Shown piece by piece: positions 37,392-47,409 of a stretch of DNA of 64,000 bases (position 1 is its first letter; each line of letters begins with the position of its first letter). Source of the stretch: Thermodesulfobacteriota bacterium (GTDB lineage: Bacteria > Desulfobacterota_D > UBA1144 > Nemesobacterales > UBA2774); the NCBI GenBank assembly GCA_021604765.1, contig BQJP01000001.1, positions 262,226 to 326,225 of the forward strand. The letters are read 5' to 3'. The notes below the pieces were generated by a model, which searched no databases, was not told the origin of the DNA, and worked only from the letters and a program-made list of their open reading frames with translations. The translations under genes were made by a program, and so were the position numbers.

Positions 37392-37739
37392 CTAGGTAGT
37401 TACTTTCTTTCTTCTCATTACTATAAATCCGACTATTCCTAAAACTCCAGCCATAGCAATTAATCCCCATTCTGAAAGAGTAGGTACATTGCTGATTTCA
37501 GAGTTTCCAAGACTAAATCCAGGACAGTTGCCTGTGTCAGTATTACAACTCTCGTTAATGTGAAATTGTATGCTTGTAGGATCTGCTATACAAACTTCTT
37601 GAGCTAAGTTTTGACAAGAACCAATAAACTGACAGCAACCTTCAAATGGAACAGGTTGTGTAAATGCTTTTTCATTCATAGCCATAAACAAAAAGCTGAA
37701 TACTAATAATGAAAGTGTGAAAGTTGATATAGTCCTCAT
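37392..37739 (-). CDS. Small IPTL-CTERM protein with a six-Cys domain
   Basis: 'GCCQFIGSCQNL...VC...SCNTDTGNC' then VPTLSEWG tag; paralogue of 19730-20101. Confidence 0.9.
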   Translation of the reverse strand: MRTISTFTLSLLVFSFLFMAMNEKAFTQPVPFEGCCQFIGSCQNLAQEVCIADPTSIQFHINESCNTDTGNCPGFSLGNSEISNVPTLSEWGLIAMAGVLGIVGFIVMRRKKVTT

Positions 37740-37782
37740 CCTAAATCTTCCGAGATTGCTTTCCGATTTGTTTTTATCTGTA

Positions 37783-38790
37783 TCAGTTTTCTTCAGGTGT
37801 ACTCCATTGCATATTGGAAAAGTTAAGTGTCAAAGATGACGCATTTGTCAGATCCTCTATCGTAGAGAGTGCAGCTGGCTGTCTGCGGATTATCTCACCA
37901 GTACTTGTATTTGATTCAAACCACAAAAGCACTTCTTGTGTGGGTGTCATAGTATTTGATTGTCCACTATTTAACGGAATATCTTCAAAGTAGATTGATG
38001 TAATTGCTTGTGAGGATCCTACTAAAGTGAGCTGTTGAGCCAACGCTGCATATATGAGTTCTTCTGAATTGTTGACGAATCCTATTGAGTCAGGATTGTT
38101 TCCTGCCACAGGTTTTTCCAATATTTCATTCTTACCTAAAACTACGTCCTGACCCAGTGCAATATTTACTACATTGGTCTCAATATCAACTTCTGTTGTT
38201 TCCATCTCCCCTAGGTCTTCAGCTCCAAACACTTGGAACACTGGAGACCATTGGAATTCCATTAGTTGAGTGAGATTTTGTGTCGAGACGGATCGCCAGA
38301 TCACATTAAATGCTCCATTTACTTTTATCGCGATGTTCAGGTTTAACGACTTACTCATAACATATTCTAGGTCCTCAGGCAGTATCATTATTGAGATTGT
38401 TTTCACATCGTTGTTAGAGTTGATGGTCGAGCTTGCGTCAACTACGGTCTGCTGATACGGGACAAGCCCTCCGTGGGAAGGGCATTCTGCTCCCTGTTCT
38501 GCAGCATTAGCTTCTGCTCTCATAAAACGCTGTTCAAAATTCTCATGACAGTGCGCAATATCATCATCTGAGACATCTACCATATTGCGGTTCGCGTTCC
38601 TCTCTGCTCTAAGTAAACAGTTCACGTATTTGCCAGATGCCTTTAGCTTGCTGTTGTAGCACTGTGTGACTGCTCTGGCATCAGGCAGCATTCTTTGAGC
38701 ACTTGCGTTTGTAGAATAAAGCAGATTAAACGCTATTGCTGATAAGAAGAGTAAAACAGCGCAATACAAAAAAGTTTTGTTGTTCATCAT
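37783..38790 (-). CDS. Secreted two-domain hypothetical protein
   Basis: Signal peptide; helical Cys domain (CYNSKLKASGKYVNCLLRAE) plus a beta-rich C-terminal domain. Confidence 0.7.
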   Translation of the reverse strand: MMNNKTFLYCAVLLFLSAIAFNLLYSTNASAQRMLPDARAVTQCYNSKLKASGKYVNCLLRAERNANRNMVDVSDDDIAHCHENFEQRFMRAEANAAEQGAECPSHGGLVPYQQTVVDASSTINSNNDVKTISIMILPEDLEYVMSKSLNLNIAIKVNGAFNVIWRSVSTQNLTQLMEFQWSPVFQVFGAEDLGEMETTEVDIETNVVNIALGQDVVLGKNEILEKPVAGNNPDSIGFVNNSEELIYAALAQQLTLVGSSQAITSIYFEDIPLNSGQSNTMTPTQEVLLWFESNTSTGEIIRRQPAALSTIEDLTNASSLTLNFSNMQWSTPEEN

Positions 38791-38896
38791 ATCCCCCTCT
38801 ATAAATATATTCATAAAAACTATAACCAAAATTTGTCTGTTTTGTGAAATGGGTTGTGCTCTATTCCAAAGAGTTCTTAAATGATGCCAGTGAGAT

Positions 38897-39937
38897 TTAG
38901 AGAATAAACGATCCTACTAAAATTATTACGAATAGAATAATAAAAGCCCCTCTGCACCAATAGTCCAATGTTTTAGCCTCTTTTTCTTTATCCCGGCCTA
39001 CAAGCCTGGCAACTATAGAGGTCTCTACCAGAACCGCAAACACCAAGAACATCGATCCGAACAAAAAGTAATCCATGTGGGTCAGATAGGATATCTTGGG
39101 CAGCAAGTTCCCCAGCAGAAAACGATAGGCTATTAATGTGAGTATTGCCGTAATTGCGATGCTGAATTTGGGTCCGATATGTGAAGGGTCAATAAATAGT
39201 ACGATTAAAGATATAAACACTATCATAATAAGTGGAACGAGGACTTTAATGAAATAAAACCCAACCAGCCTCTCTGCCTCAAACTGGAATACAACACCTG
39301 GCAAAGGGGGCAGTTTTGGTCCGACAATCATGGGCTCCGTAAATGTGTCCCAGCCTGTTATATCCCAATCTGTAACTGTCAGCACCTCGCTCATACCTGA
39401 TTTTTCTTCATTAATGCTGAATTTGATGTGTTGAGCATCTTTTCCTACAGTTACTATTTTGATCTGGAGAAAATGCTTATCAGTTGGGAAATCTTCAAGA
39501 TTCATTGGATACGACATGGTACCCCAGTAACGCTGCACGTAAGATACTGTGCCGTCGGGAAGAACTTGCACCTGGTCGGGAAATGTCTCAAAAAGTTTTT
39601 GCTGATTTAATATCTGTAAGTACGGAGTCCATATGTCCTCTGTTTTCATGATTCGAATATGGTCAATATCTGCTGCAAGACGAGGGTCTTTCCACTCTGC
39701 AATAAGTGCAAAGTTGGCGACAAATGATTGTTGCGCTCCATCTATGCCGTCAATGTCAATTACTATGATGCCGACCTTAATGGGTAGAGCGGTGTCTTGA
39801 TTCCCAGGGCGTACTTCTGCCAAATATTGCTCTTGTAGTTCTTCCTGTGCGTAAGGAGTATCTGCTGCTGAGATCATTAAAAGAAATAAGCAGCATAAAC
39901 TTAATAATATCTTTGAATAATTTTTATAAATTTTCAT
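38897..39937 (-). CDS. Prokaryotic pentameric ligand-gated ion channel (GLIC/ELIC-like)
   Basis: 'EWKDPRL', 'IWTP', Pro-loop 'LEDFPTD', four TM helices and 'LPKISYLT'. Confidence 0.9.
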   Translation of the reverse strand: MKIYKNYSKILLSLCCLFLLMISAADTPYAQEELQEQYLAEVRPGNQDTALPIKVGIIVIDIDGIDGAQQSFVANFALIAEWKDPRLAADIDHIRIMKTEDIWTPYLQILNQQKLFETFPDQVQVLPDGTVSYVQRYWGTMSYPMNLEDFPTDKHFLQIKIVTVGKDAQHIKFSINEEKSGMSEVLTVTDWDITGWDTFTEPMIVGPKLPPLPGVVFQFEAERLVGFYFIKVLVPLIMIVFISLIVLFIDPSHIGPKFSIAITAILTLIAYRFLLGNLLPKISYLTHMDYFLFGSMFLVFAVLVETSIVARLVGRDKEKEAKTLDYWCRGAFIILFVIILVGSFIL

Positions 39938-40230
39938 ATTCAATAAACTCTCTGGCAAAAACTAATGGACCCATCCTTCTATGACATTATGGTTATATAT
40001 ATTCTCGAGATTTGATTTATCTGTCAATATAACCATCCGTCATATATTAAGCTTAGGACATTATAACGGGTCTGTTTATAATTGGGAATTGATCTAAGAA
40101 ATATAAATTATGGCTTCTATTCTGTCTAAGTTGTGAGTTGGGTTAATTCAAATTCTCATAAGACGCGTTTGATCTATGTATTTGAGTTTCAGAAACGCTA
40201 TTAAGGTTCAAATGTCTCTGTGCAGAGCCA

Positions 40231-40575
40231 CTATTTGGTTAATTTTAGACCAGCTTTCATGTTAGGATGAAAACGACAGAAATATGATTTGTACATATCC
40301 TCTGTGACAACAATCTGCCATTTCCCATTTGCTTCAATAAGCCCTGAGTCCCAGCTCTCATCATTCGCCGTTACAGTATGGGGAACGAAATCATAGTTTA
40401 TCCAAGTGATTGTGTCACCAGGAGCAACTGTTAACTCATTAGGAGTAAAAACAAGATTTCGTATTTCAACTATATGTTCCTTAGGTTCTTCAGCTATTAC
40501 ATGAGTCACGGCACTCAATATAAAAACTGCAGCCACTATTGTGGCCACAGTCTTTGGAATTTTTAAGATACTCAT
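40231..40575 (-). CDS. Cupredoxin/plastocyanin-like copper protein
   Basis: 'FTPNELTVAPGDTITWIN...PHTVT...YFCRFHPNM' type-1 copper site. Confidence 0.9.
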   Translation of the reverse strand: MSILKIPKTVATIVAAVFILSAVTHVIAEEPKEHIVEIRNLVFTPNELTVAPGDTITWINYDFVPHTVTANDESWDSGLIEANGKWQIVVTEDMYKSYFCRFHPNMKAGLKLTK

Positions 40576-41132
40576 TATGAACCTTTGTTAACAGCATCAA
40601 CCATTTTCTGGGCATGCTGCTCGTGACTCTTAAAGATTATAATTGCTTGCCCAAAGAGCTCTTTCATTTGAGCATTCTCAATGTTTGGAATAAACACGCC
40701 TTCTACCAAACTATTTACCGCTTGATGGTAGGCAAGCTCATTAGCTGCGTAGCGTTTATCAAATTCCGGTCCACTCAATGCGCTCATCTCTTCAACAAGC
40801 TGATCAGCCTGCTGGTTTAGCTGTTGACTCAGGAAGTTGTCCTGTGGCTGAGCACCAAGCTCTTTAAGAAGAGCTAATGCCTGCTCATTTACGCCAGTGT
40901 GGTCTCTGACCATTGTTTCAGCGAACTCAATAACGACTGGGTTCTTAGATTTAGCTAGAGCCAAATGCGCATAGCGGATATCAATGTTGTCTGCTGTGTA
41001 GGCGACATGTGCAATTTCCAGATCGTTAAGGTCTGCCGGAGATGGAGCTTTGTCCGCTCTCACCGGTAATGATAGGACTGTGAAAAACATAGCTACTGCA
41101 AATAATGCTAAAACTGATTTTAACTTACTCAT
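40575..41132 (-). CDS. DUF4142 domain protein
   Basis: 'FAETMVRDHT', 'GPEFDKRYAANELAYH' and 'HEQHAQ' motifs; signal peptide. Confidence 0.9.
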   Translation of the reverse strand: MSKLKSVLALFAVAMFFTVLSLPVRADKAPSPADLNDLEIAHVAYTADNIDIRYAHLALAKSKNPVVIEFAETMVRDHTGVNEQALALLKELGAQPQDNFLSQQLNQQADQLVEEMSALSGPEFDKRYAANELAYHQAVNSLVEGVFIPNIENAQMKELFGQAIIIFKSHEQHAQKMVDAVNKGS

Positions 41133-41259
41133 AATGATAATACCTCCTTTGGGTCATTCTTTGTTGTTTTAGATATGCACTCAACGAAATAGATTCAATT
41201 GAATGCTGCATTGAAAATATGCTATTCGTTTTTAAAGTTGCATTCATGATTTATATAAT

Positions 41260-41275
41260 TGCAACATCCATGCCA
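41260..41275 (-). promoter_or_regulatory. Sigma54 (-24/-12) promoter of the DUF4142-cupredoxin operon
   Basis: Minus strand TGGCATGGATGTTGCA, near consensus. Confidence 0.7.
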
Positions 41276-41512
41276 TAGATAGGGCAAATTGCCGATATCA
41301 ATGCAACTAGCTGATATGACATGATTTAATCTGGGCTTTGACATGAGTTTGTACTAATTTATTCGTATCGAACTTACGATATAACGCGAAGTTGCGGTAT
41401 ATGGCAATATTTGGGCTGTGTAATAGAATTGTTTTTGATTTGCTCATAATAACTCCTCAAGCTGGTTGATTTTTGTGATGCATCCTAAAGCAAAAATTGG
41501 CATCGTTATATG

Positions 41513-41604
41513 TATAGAGTAGGAAACAATGAATTGGTTAAAGATTAAGAAGTTAGTTGCAGATTAAAAAAGAATGTAACCTTTAGCGGATTAAAGACTC
41601 TATA
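41513..41604. promoter_or_regulatory. Divergent pair of putative ECF promoters (TAACC-N15-ACTCTATA)
   Basis: Same motif and spacing on the minus strand (41513-41540) and plus strand (41577-41604), upstream of the ECF gene. Confidence 0.65.
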
Positions 41605-41640
41605 TCTATATATAGTATGGTGTAAGCGAGTTCAGTCTAT

Positions 41641-42321
41641 ATGAATATTAATATAGAAATAGATAATGATACGATAGCTGATGAAGAAGTCGTAAGGCGA
41701 GTACTTGCTGGGGAAGTTGCATTGTTTGAAATAATAATGCGGCGCTATAATCAGCGTCTCTATCGGGTTACTCGAGGCATTTTAAGAGATGCAGTTGAAG
41801 CGGAAGACGTAATGCAGAATGCTTATGTAAACGCATACACTCACCTAAATCAGTTTGCCGGACTTGCAAAATTTTCAACGTGGTTGACCAGGATTGCAGT
41901 AAACGAGGCGTTGACTCATATTCGTAACCGTAAGCGGTTTGTTAATATAGATTCGACATATAATGTAGAAGAAGAAACAATGAACATCTTGTCACCAAAA
42001 ACACCTGACCCTGAAGAACAAGTGATTGCCAAAGAGTTAAATGTAGTATTGGAAGCTGCTGTTGACTCTCTTCCTGAGGCTTTCCGTTCAGTGTTCCTTC
42101 TGAGAAAGATGGAGGGAATGAGCACTGCTGAAACTGCAGAATGTCTGGATATAAGCGAACAAAATGTAAAAATTCGTCTTCACCGGGCTCGGGTCTTATT
42201 GAGGGAAGAGATAAGCGCAAGTATTAACCTTGCAGCTCCAGACGCATTTCAGTTTGGAGGTAAGCGTTGTGACCGTGTAGTTGTGAGTGTGCTTAAAAGA
42301 ATTAATTCTGGATTATTGTGA
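41641..42321 (+). CDS. ECF RNA polymerase sigma factor with a C-terminal RCD extension
   Basis: 'FEIIMRRYNQRLYR', 'FSTWLTRIAVNEAL', 'VKIRLHRAR' and 'FQFGGKRCDRVV' motifs. Confidence 0.9.
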   Translation: MNINIEIDNDTIADEEVVRRVLAGEVALFEIIMRRYNQRLYRVTRGILRDAVEAEDVMQNAYVNAYTHLNQFAGLAKFSTWLTRIAVNEALTHIRNRKRFVNIDSTYNVEEETMNILSPKTPDPEEQVIAKELNVVLEAAVDSLPEAFRSVFLLRKMEGMSTAETAECLDISEQNVKIRLHRARVLLREEISASINLAAPDAFQFGGKRCDRVVVSVLKRINSGLL

Positions 42322-42363
42322 ACAAAAAAGGGGAGGGCACTATTAGCACCCGTCCCCGGTTGA

Positions 42364-42954
42364 TTATTCTGGTTCTGTTACTGATACTGCAACTGCTTCT
42401 GTAAAGCGGGCGTGTACAATGTCTCCCACTTTAATATTTTCCAGGTTTCCTATACTTGGGTCTACCTTAACTGCAGCCACAGTAGCGTCGGGGCCTTTTA
42501 ATTTTACCTTTCTGTTTTCTTTGTCGATTGCGTCTACTGTTGCGATTATCTCAACAACATCTATAGCAACCATGCCAGGTCTTTCACCTTTTTCTGCGGT
42601 GTGCATTATCTGATTTACAGATTCTCCGGGTTTATCACCGGGTGATCCTAGAAACAGAGCAACCGACTCGAAATACTCTACAGTTACGATGTCGCCTAGT
42701 GCTATCTGGTCAAAGTTCTTTACCTCCGGGTCAACTTCAATAGTCTGTACATTTCCTGCATCATCAGCAAGAATAATGATTCGTTCGTTTGCATTTATAG
42801 CCTGAACTGTTGCCTGCATCACGACAACATCGACGATCTTAACACCTTTTGGTCCCTTCTCAACTTCAACCATCTCCGCTTCCTGCGCATAGACGCATAT
42901 GGAAAAAAAAACGAGCATTAAGACGAATACTGATAAAGCAAGTAATTTCTTCAT
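42364..42954 (-). CDS. Periplasmic protein with two OB-fold-like repeats
   Basis: Signal peptide; duplicated 'ATVxAI....R...L.....NFDQIALGDIV' unit. Confidence 0.75.
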   Translation of the reverse strand: MKKLLALSVFVLMLVFFSICVYAQEAEMVEVEKGPKGVKIVDVVVMQATVQAINANERIIILADDAGNVQTIEVDPEVKNFDQIALGDIVTVEYFESVALFLGSPGDKPGESVNQIMHTAEKGERPGMVAIDVVEIIATVDAIDKENRKVKLKGPDATVAAVKVDPSIGNLENIKVGDIVHARFTEAVAVSVTEPE

Positions 42955-43055
42955 TGCTTCCCTCCTTACAGAAAAACTAAAAATTTGCTAAAACGATACC
43001 ATCATCACTAACAACATAGCAAATGATTCTAAATAGTTTTGGTTAAGATTTGATT

Positions 43056-43094
43056 AAAAAAGGGAACAGACACTGAAATAGCATCTACTCCCTT
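43056..43094 (-). terminator. IPTL-CTERM-associated terminator family
   Basis: A-run, aaggga...tccctt stem, 31 nt after the stop at 43126. Confidence 0.6.
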
Positions 43095-43125
43095 AGTAAG
43101 TTTTCATTTGATATGTTTAAATATC

Positions 43126-44076
43126 TTAAGCTATAACTTCCCTTCTTCTCATAACCATAAATCCAACTATGCCCAAAATACTTGCCATGGCTATTAGTCC
43201 CCATTCAGATAGTGTAGGGATTTCGCTTGGGTCCGGCGTAAAGGCAATCGCGTCCATGCCCAGCTCTGTCGGACCTATAACCGTCACTACGCCAGTGTTA
43301 ATGTCTAATGTCCCTATGAAGTTTTGTCTGGGAACCATAATTGTCCCGCCGCCACTTGTAATAGATAGATACAACACCCCTGTGGACTGGTCAAAATCCA
43401 TAGCGTTTGCCCTAGGAAGATCGTCGTCTGTAAGAGTTGGGTATGTGGGGTTTGATATGACATTGACATCCCCTGTGAGCTGATTAACCGTGTATAGAAC
43501 ATTAGTGCCCGGAGTATTGAAGTCCCCCACTAAATAATAGAGAGTATCCGTTGGAGAAAATGCCGCGGCATTACCACCCCCCGGCACTTGATTAATAATT
43601 GCTATCAGGGTGCTCAGACCCGTTTGGGTATTAATAGTAGTTAACCAGTTTTGAACCAAGCCCATGGTCTCGGTGCAGGGGCCCACAGGATCAAAGTTGA
43701 AACCAGTGGCAAAAAGTGTGTTATCACTGTTACGAAAAGACATGTCTGTCCAAGCTTCGCAATTATCGGTTGGTCCTATTTCTGTTCCCGCGCCTGAAAT
43801 AGTATTGATCTCGACAAGCACCGTAATGTCGGATCCGTCAGCCCTTTCACATATGGCAAACAAACGCCCTTGTGCATTAAAATCCATACTGCCGCAGCGC
43901 TCAAAACCAATTGGCCCCACAGCATTAGCAGCTCCAGTCTGTGTATTAATTATATGTAATGTGCTTAAGCCATCCCGCCCGATATGTGATATACCGTAAA
44001 GTGTCTGAGCCTGTACAGTGACACCCATCAAAACTAATGCAACTAAAGAAATAAAAGCATATTTAACCATTTTCAT
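43126..44076 (-). CDS. IPTL-CTERM protein (beta-propeller-like)
   Basis: 'INTQTG..T.IG' repeats; C-terminus IPTLSEWGLIAMASILGIVGFMVMRRR. Confidence 0.9.
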   Translation of the reverse strand: MKMVKYAFISLVALVLMGVTVQAQTLYGISHIGRDGLSTLHIINTQTGAANAVGPIGFERCGSMDFNAQGRLFAICERADGSDITVLVEINTISGAGTEIGPTDNCEAWTDMSFRNSDNTLFATGFNFDPVGPCTETMGLVQNWLTTINTQTGLSTLIAIINQVPGGGNAAAFSPTDTLYYLVGDFNTPGTNVLYTVNQLTGDVNVISNPTYPTLTDDDLPRANAMDFDQSTGVLYLSITSGGGTIMVPRQNFIGTLDINTGVVTVIGPTELGMDAIAFTPDPSEIPTLSEWGLIAMASILGIVGFMVMRRREVIA

Positions 44077-44289
44077 CTTACATACTCCTTTAACTTTCAT
44101 ATGTACACATTAGCTAATATAATTTAATCACAGTTAAAAATTTAAATCAAGAATTTATTGACCGGATGTCTGTATTTACCGCTATATTCTTCCAGTAAAG
44201 AAGGGGTAAAAATGCGTGGTTTTGTGATCCAATCGTAAGTGTAATGTGCTCTTGTTTAATAAGTGTAATTATTAACTCTGCTGGAATTG

Positions 44290-44327
44290 AAAAAGGGAGC
44301 CGGCGTAACTAGAGCCAGACTCCCTTT
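44290..44327 (-). terminator. IPTL-CTERM-associated terminator family
   Basis: aaagggag...ctcccttt stem, 29 nt after the stop at 44357. Confidence 0.65.
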
Positions 44328-44356
44328 CATAATTTTATTTGAAATGTTTTTAGTTT

Positions 44357-44887
44357 TTACGCAGTTACTTTCCTTCTTCTCATAGCCATAAATCCAACTA
44401 TCCCAAGAACTGCAGCCATGGCAATTAGTCCCCACTCAGATAGGGTAGGGACATTGCGTGGTGTAATGCTGTTTTTGAAAGTACAAATACCACTGGTATT
44501 TGGTTCAAGGCAATCCATAAATACACTGGCTTCTTCCTCATTAATTTGTAAAATGAGATTATTCGGATTCCCCTGGGTTATTTCGCAGACTATTTCATCC
44601 AGTTCCCAGCCATCAGGTACTGTTTCCATAAACGTAATTCCGGGCTCTTCAACTATAAAACCGAATACTACTCCACTGCCGTTCGGTATTTCGAAGATAC
44701 CACAACTTTCTCCTCCTTCGAATGTACAAGTAAAATCGAATAGAGTACCATCGTCGGGTATGGCCTCTTTTGTAAATTCTACAAAACAAAAAGGTTGAGC
44801 ATGAGATTTCGTTCCAACCACTAAAGAACCTAAACCAGCTAATATCATAAAAATAATAAGAGTTATTAAACATCGTGTATATTTCAT
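44357..44887 (-). CDS. IPTL-CTERM protein (prealbumin/pilin-like fold)
   Basis: 'KEAIPDDGTLFDFT', 'ETVPDGWELDEIVC' and 'CTFKN' motifs then VPTLSEWG tag; start refined to MKYTRC. Confidence 0.85.
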   Translation of the reverse strand: MKYTRCLITLIIFMILAGLGSLVVGTKSHAQPFCFVEFTKEAIPDDGTLFDFTCTFEGGESCGIFEIPNGSGVVFGFIVEEPGITFMETVPDGWELDEIVCEITQGNPNNLILQINEEEASVFMDCLEPNTSGICTFKNSITPRNVPTLSEWGLIAMAAVLGIVGFMAMRRRKVTA

Positions 44888-45038
44888 TCTTCTCCTCCAA
44901 AGAAGCACCTTGATAAGCGGACACAAAGATAATAAACACTTAATATAGAAACTATTGACACACACTCCCTCGTGAATTTAGTACTTATATATATGGTGAA
45001 AAAAAGACTAACACAGTTTCAGATATAAATTCAATAGG

Positions 45039-45410
45039 CTATAAATGAACATTTGTTTGAAAAGATTTAGGTGTACAAAATGTTAAGGGAATTACAAAAG
45101 AAACTCCGAAAGCGCAGCGTTTGCCTTCAAAATCTCCAACAAATTTACATACACTTAGATCGTCGTCGTTAGGTTTTTGCACTATTTCATGAACGAGTAA
45201 ATGTTTCCCCGTCTCAAGCACTTTTAGATCATCCGCTCTAAGTGTCTCAGCGCTGTCTTTCCAAGGAAGCTCGGCGTCCTTCTTCCCAACTATCTCTTCC
45301 TCCGCCATACCCCTTAGTGCGTCATTAACCCAAAGATATGTTCCTTCCGCATCCTTTACCCAAAAGAAAAAGGGCATTTCGTTAAATACTTCAAGTTCTT
45401 TACTAGTCAT
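45039..45410 (-). CDS. Stand-alone PAS domain protein
   Basis: 'MPFFFWVKDAEGTYLWVN...IVGKKDAELPW...ADDLKVL'. Confidence 0.8.
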   Translation of the reverse strand: MTSKELEVFNEMPFFFWVKDAEGTYLWVNDALRGMAEEEIVGKKDAELPWKDSAETLRADDLKVLETGKHLLVHEIVQKPNDDDLSVCKFVGDFEGKRCAFGVSFVIPLTFCTPKSFQTNVHL

Positions 45411-45532
45411 TATCTTTCCTCCGTCTAAGTTTCAGTTTCTACTATAATGAATGATTATTATGATTTTGTTAATGCCTCCGAATTTCTCAAAATCAGGCTA
45501 TAATATTTATAATTACTATTAAGGTGAGGGAA

Positions 45533-45949
45533 ATGAGAATAAATTCAAAACTGTTATTAATTCTACCTTTATTATTAGTACTGGCGCTTGCCGCTTGTGA
45601 TAGCAGTACCAATAGCAACGCTCAGGATACTGACACTGACAGCGCGTGCCCGTGCTTTAGCGCCCAGGATATAATGAATGAAGCAATGGGAAAAGACTTC
45701 TTTGGTTGTACTGTTATACCTTCGGGATTCTCAGTTTCACTAGACTTGTCTGAGGGAGAGACTGAGTTTACTATCGCCGTGTCTTGCGAGAGCGGAAGTT
45801 TCAGTTCCTGCCAATGTGTCGATGGTGTTAGCGGCGTTGCAAGCAGCGTTACTGAGGAGCAATACTTTGATTGTACTAATATAGTGGTCGAAGCTATTAC
45901 AACTGAGTTTGAGCAGGAGAGCATGGGTATGTGTCTGATTGCGAACTAG
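45533..45949 (+). CDS. Cys-rich lipoprotein
   Basis: Lipobox 'LALAAC'; CPC and CQC motifs. Confidence 0.75.
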   Translation: MRINSKLLLILPLLLVLALAACDSSTNSNAQDTDTDSACPCFSAQDIMNEAMGKDFFGCTVIPSGFSVSLDLSEGETEFTIAVSCESGSFSSCQCVDGVSGVASSVTEEQYFDCTNIVVEAITTEFEQESMGMCLIAN

Positions 45950-45973
45950 AGAACTAGTATAAGGCGTTGGAAA

Positions 45974-47341
45974 ATGGAATTCAAAGAGATAATGGCAGGT
46001 GTCTGGAGCGATGTTCAAGAACTTATGCCGGAGCACGTGGAGAGGCTCTCATGGACAAAGGATCAGGTAAGGGAGCACCAGACAAAGAAATTCAGAGAAC
46101 TACTCAAAACAGCTAAAGAGAAAACGAAATATTACAGTGAATTACTAGCCGATGTTGATATAGATAATTTCACACTTGAAGATCTGCACATACTCCCACC
46201 AAATGACAAAACGTTTCATATGGACAGATGGGACGATTTTGTGGCAGCTCCTGGCATAACGTATGAGGTTGTTGAAAATCACCTCGAAAAGCTAAGAAAG
46301 GGTGAGATAGATGATCCTTTTTATAATGATGAATATCTATTTGTTTCCACTGGTGGCTCAACAGGCAAAAGGGGTGTGTTTCTCTGGGATATGGAGTTCA
46401 TTTGCCAGATAATCTGCTACACTTACCGCTACATCCTTCATGACGAGATAAAAAACTCCTATGAAGGGCCTTTCAAACTGGCCACGGTTGAGGCCCCCAC
46501 GCTTCTACACGGAAGCCCATATGTATTTCCAAGTAAATTTGTAGCCGACATGGATCTTCTTAGTCTTGCTTCAACCGATCCTATTCCCGAAGTGTGTGAG
46601 AAGTTAAATGAATATCAACCGACTCACCTGATGGCATATGCTTCATCTGTAGGAGAATTAGCTGCTGCTCAACTTAAAGGAATGTTGGACATCCATCCTC
46701 GTTGGGTGTGCACCAATTCTGGCCCTCAGGATGAGGATATTCGGAACCGTACCATTAAGGCATGGGGAGTAAAAGCAAGCAATTCCTGGGGCTGTTGTGA
46801 GATAGGGCAGATGGCTATAGAAACGGAGTTTAGCCCTGGGATGGTTATATGCGCAGACGGTGCGATATTTGAGGTAGTAGATAAAAACAACCAGCCAGTG
46901 GATAATGTAGAAGACGCGGCCAAAGTACTAGCGACTAATTTAACCAACTTCTCTATGCCAATGATTCGCTATGAAGTTGATGATATTGTTGAGATTGGAG
47001 CGCCACTGCCTGAATATCCAGCGTACGGCACCGTTAAGCGGATTCTAGGAAAAGCTACTTTCTGGTTCCAGTATGGAGATATTAAAGTTCATCCGACTTC
47101 TTACAGTGATATATTAGAGGTAGAGAAAGAGGTTGAGGAATTTCAGATTGTCCAGACTGAAGAGGGTGCCCATATAAAGCTTGTCTGCAATGGCGAGCCT
47201 AATATTGCAGAGATGAAAGACACTATCTTAAAAAATCTAAATAAATACGGTTTGCATGATCCAATAATTAACTTCGAAGTAGTAGATTCCCTGCCTCGCC
47301 ACCCCGAAACAGGCAAAATCAAGCGCTTTATCCCACTTTAG
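45974..47341 (+). CDS. Phenylacetate-CoA ligase (PaaK/CapK)-like adenylate-forming enzyme
   Basis: 'STGGSTGKRG', 'TNLTNFSMPMIRYEVDD' and 'TGKIKRF' motifs. Confidence 0.85.
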   Translation: MEFKEIMAGVWSDVQELMPEHVERLSWTKDQVREHQTKKFRELLKTAKEKTKYYSELLADVDIDNFTLEDLHILPPNDKTFHMDRWDDFVAAPGITYEVVENHLEKLRKGEIDDPFYNDEYLFVSTGGSTGKRGVFLWDMEFICQIICYTYRYILHDEIKNSYEGPFKLATVEAPTLLHGSPYVFPSKFVADMDLLSLASTDPIPEVCEKLNEYQPTHLMAYASSVGELAAAQLKGMLDIHPRWVCTNSGPQDEDIRNRTIKAWGVKASNSWGCCEIGQMAIETEFSPGMVICADGAIFEVVDKNNQPVDNVEDAAKVLATNLTNFSMPMIRYEVDDIVEIGAPLPEYPAYGTVKRILGKATFWFQYGDIKVHPTSYSDILEVEKEVEEFQIVQTEEGAHIKLVCNGEPNIAEMKDTILKNLNKYGLHDPIINFEVVDSLPRHPETGKIKRFIPL

Positions 47342-47409
47342 ACAACTCATTGTCAGGGGGGGAAGGTTGATTGACATACAAATCTATATTTGTTAGTGTC
47401 TAAATTCTA

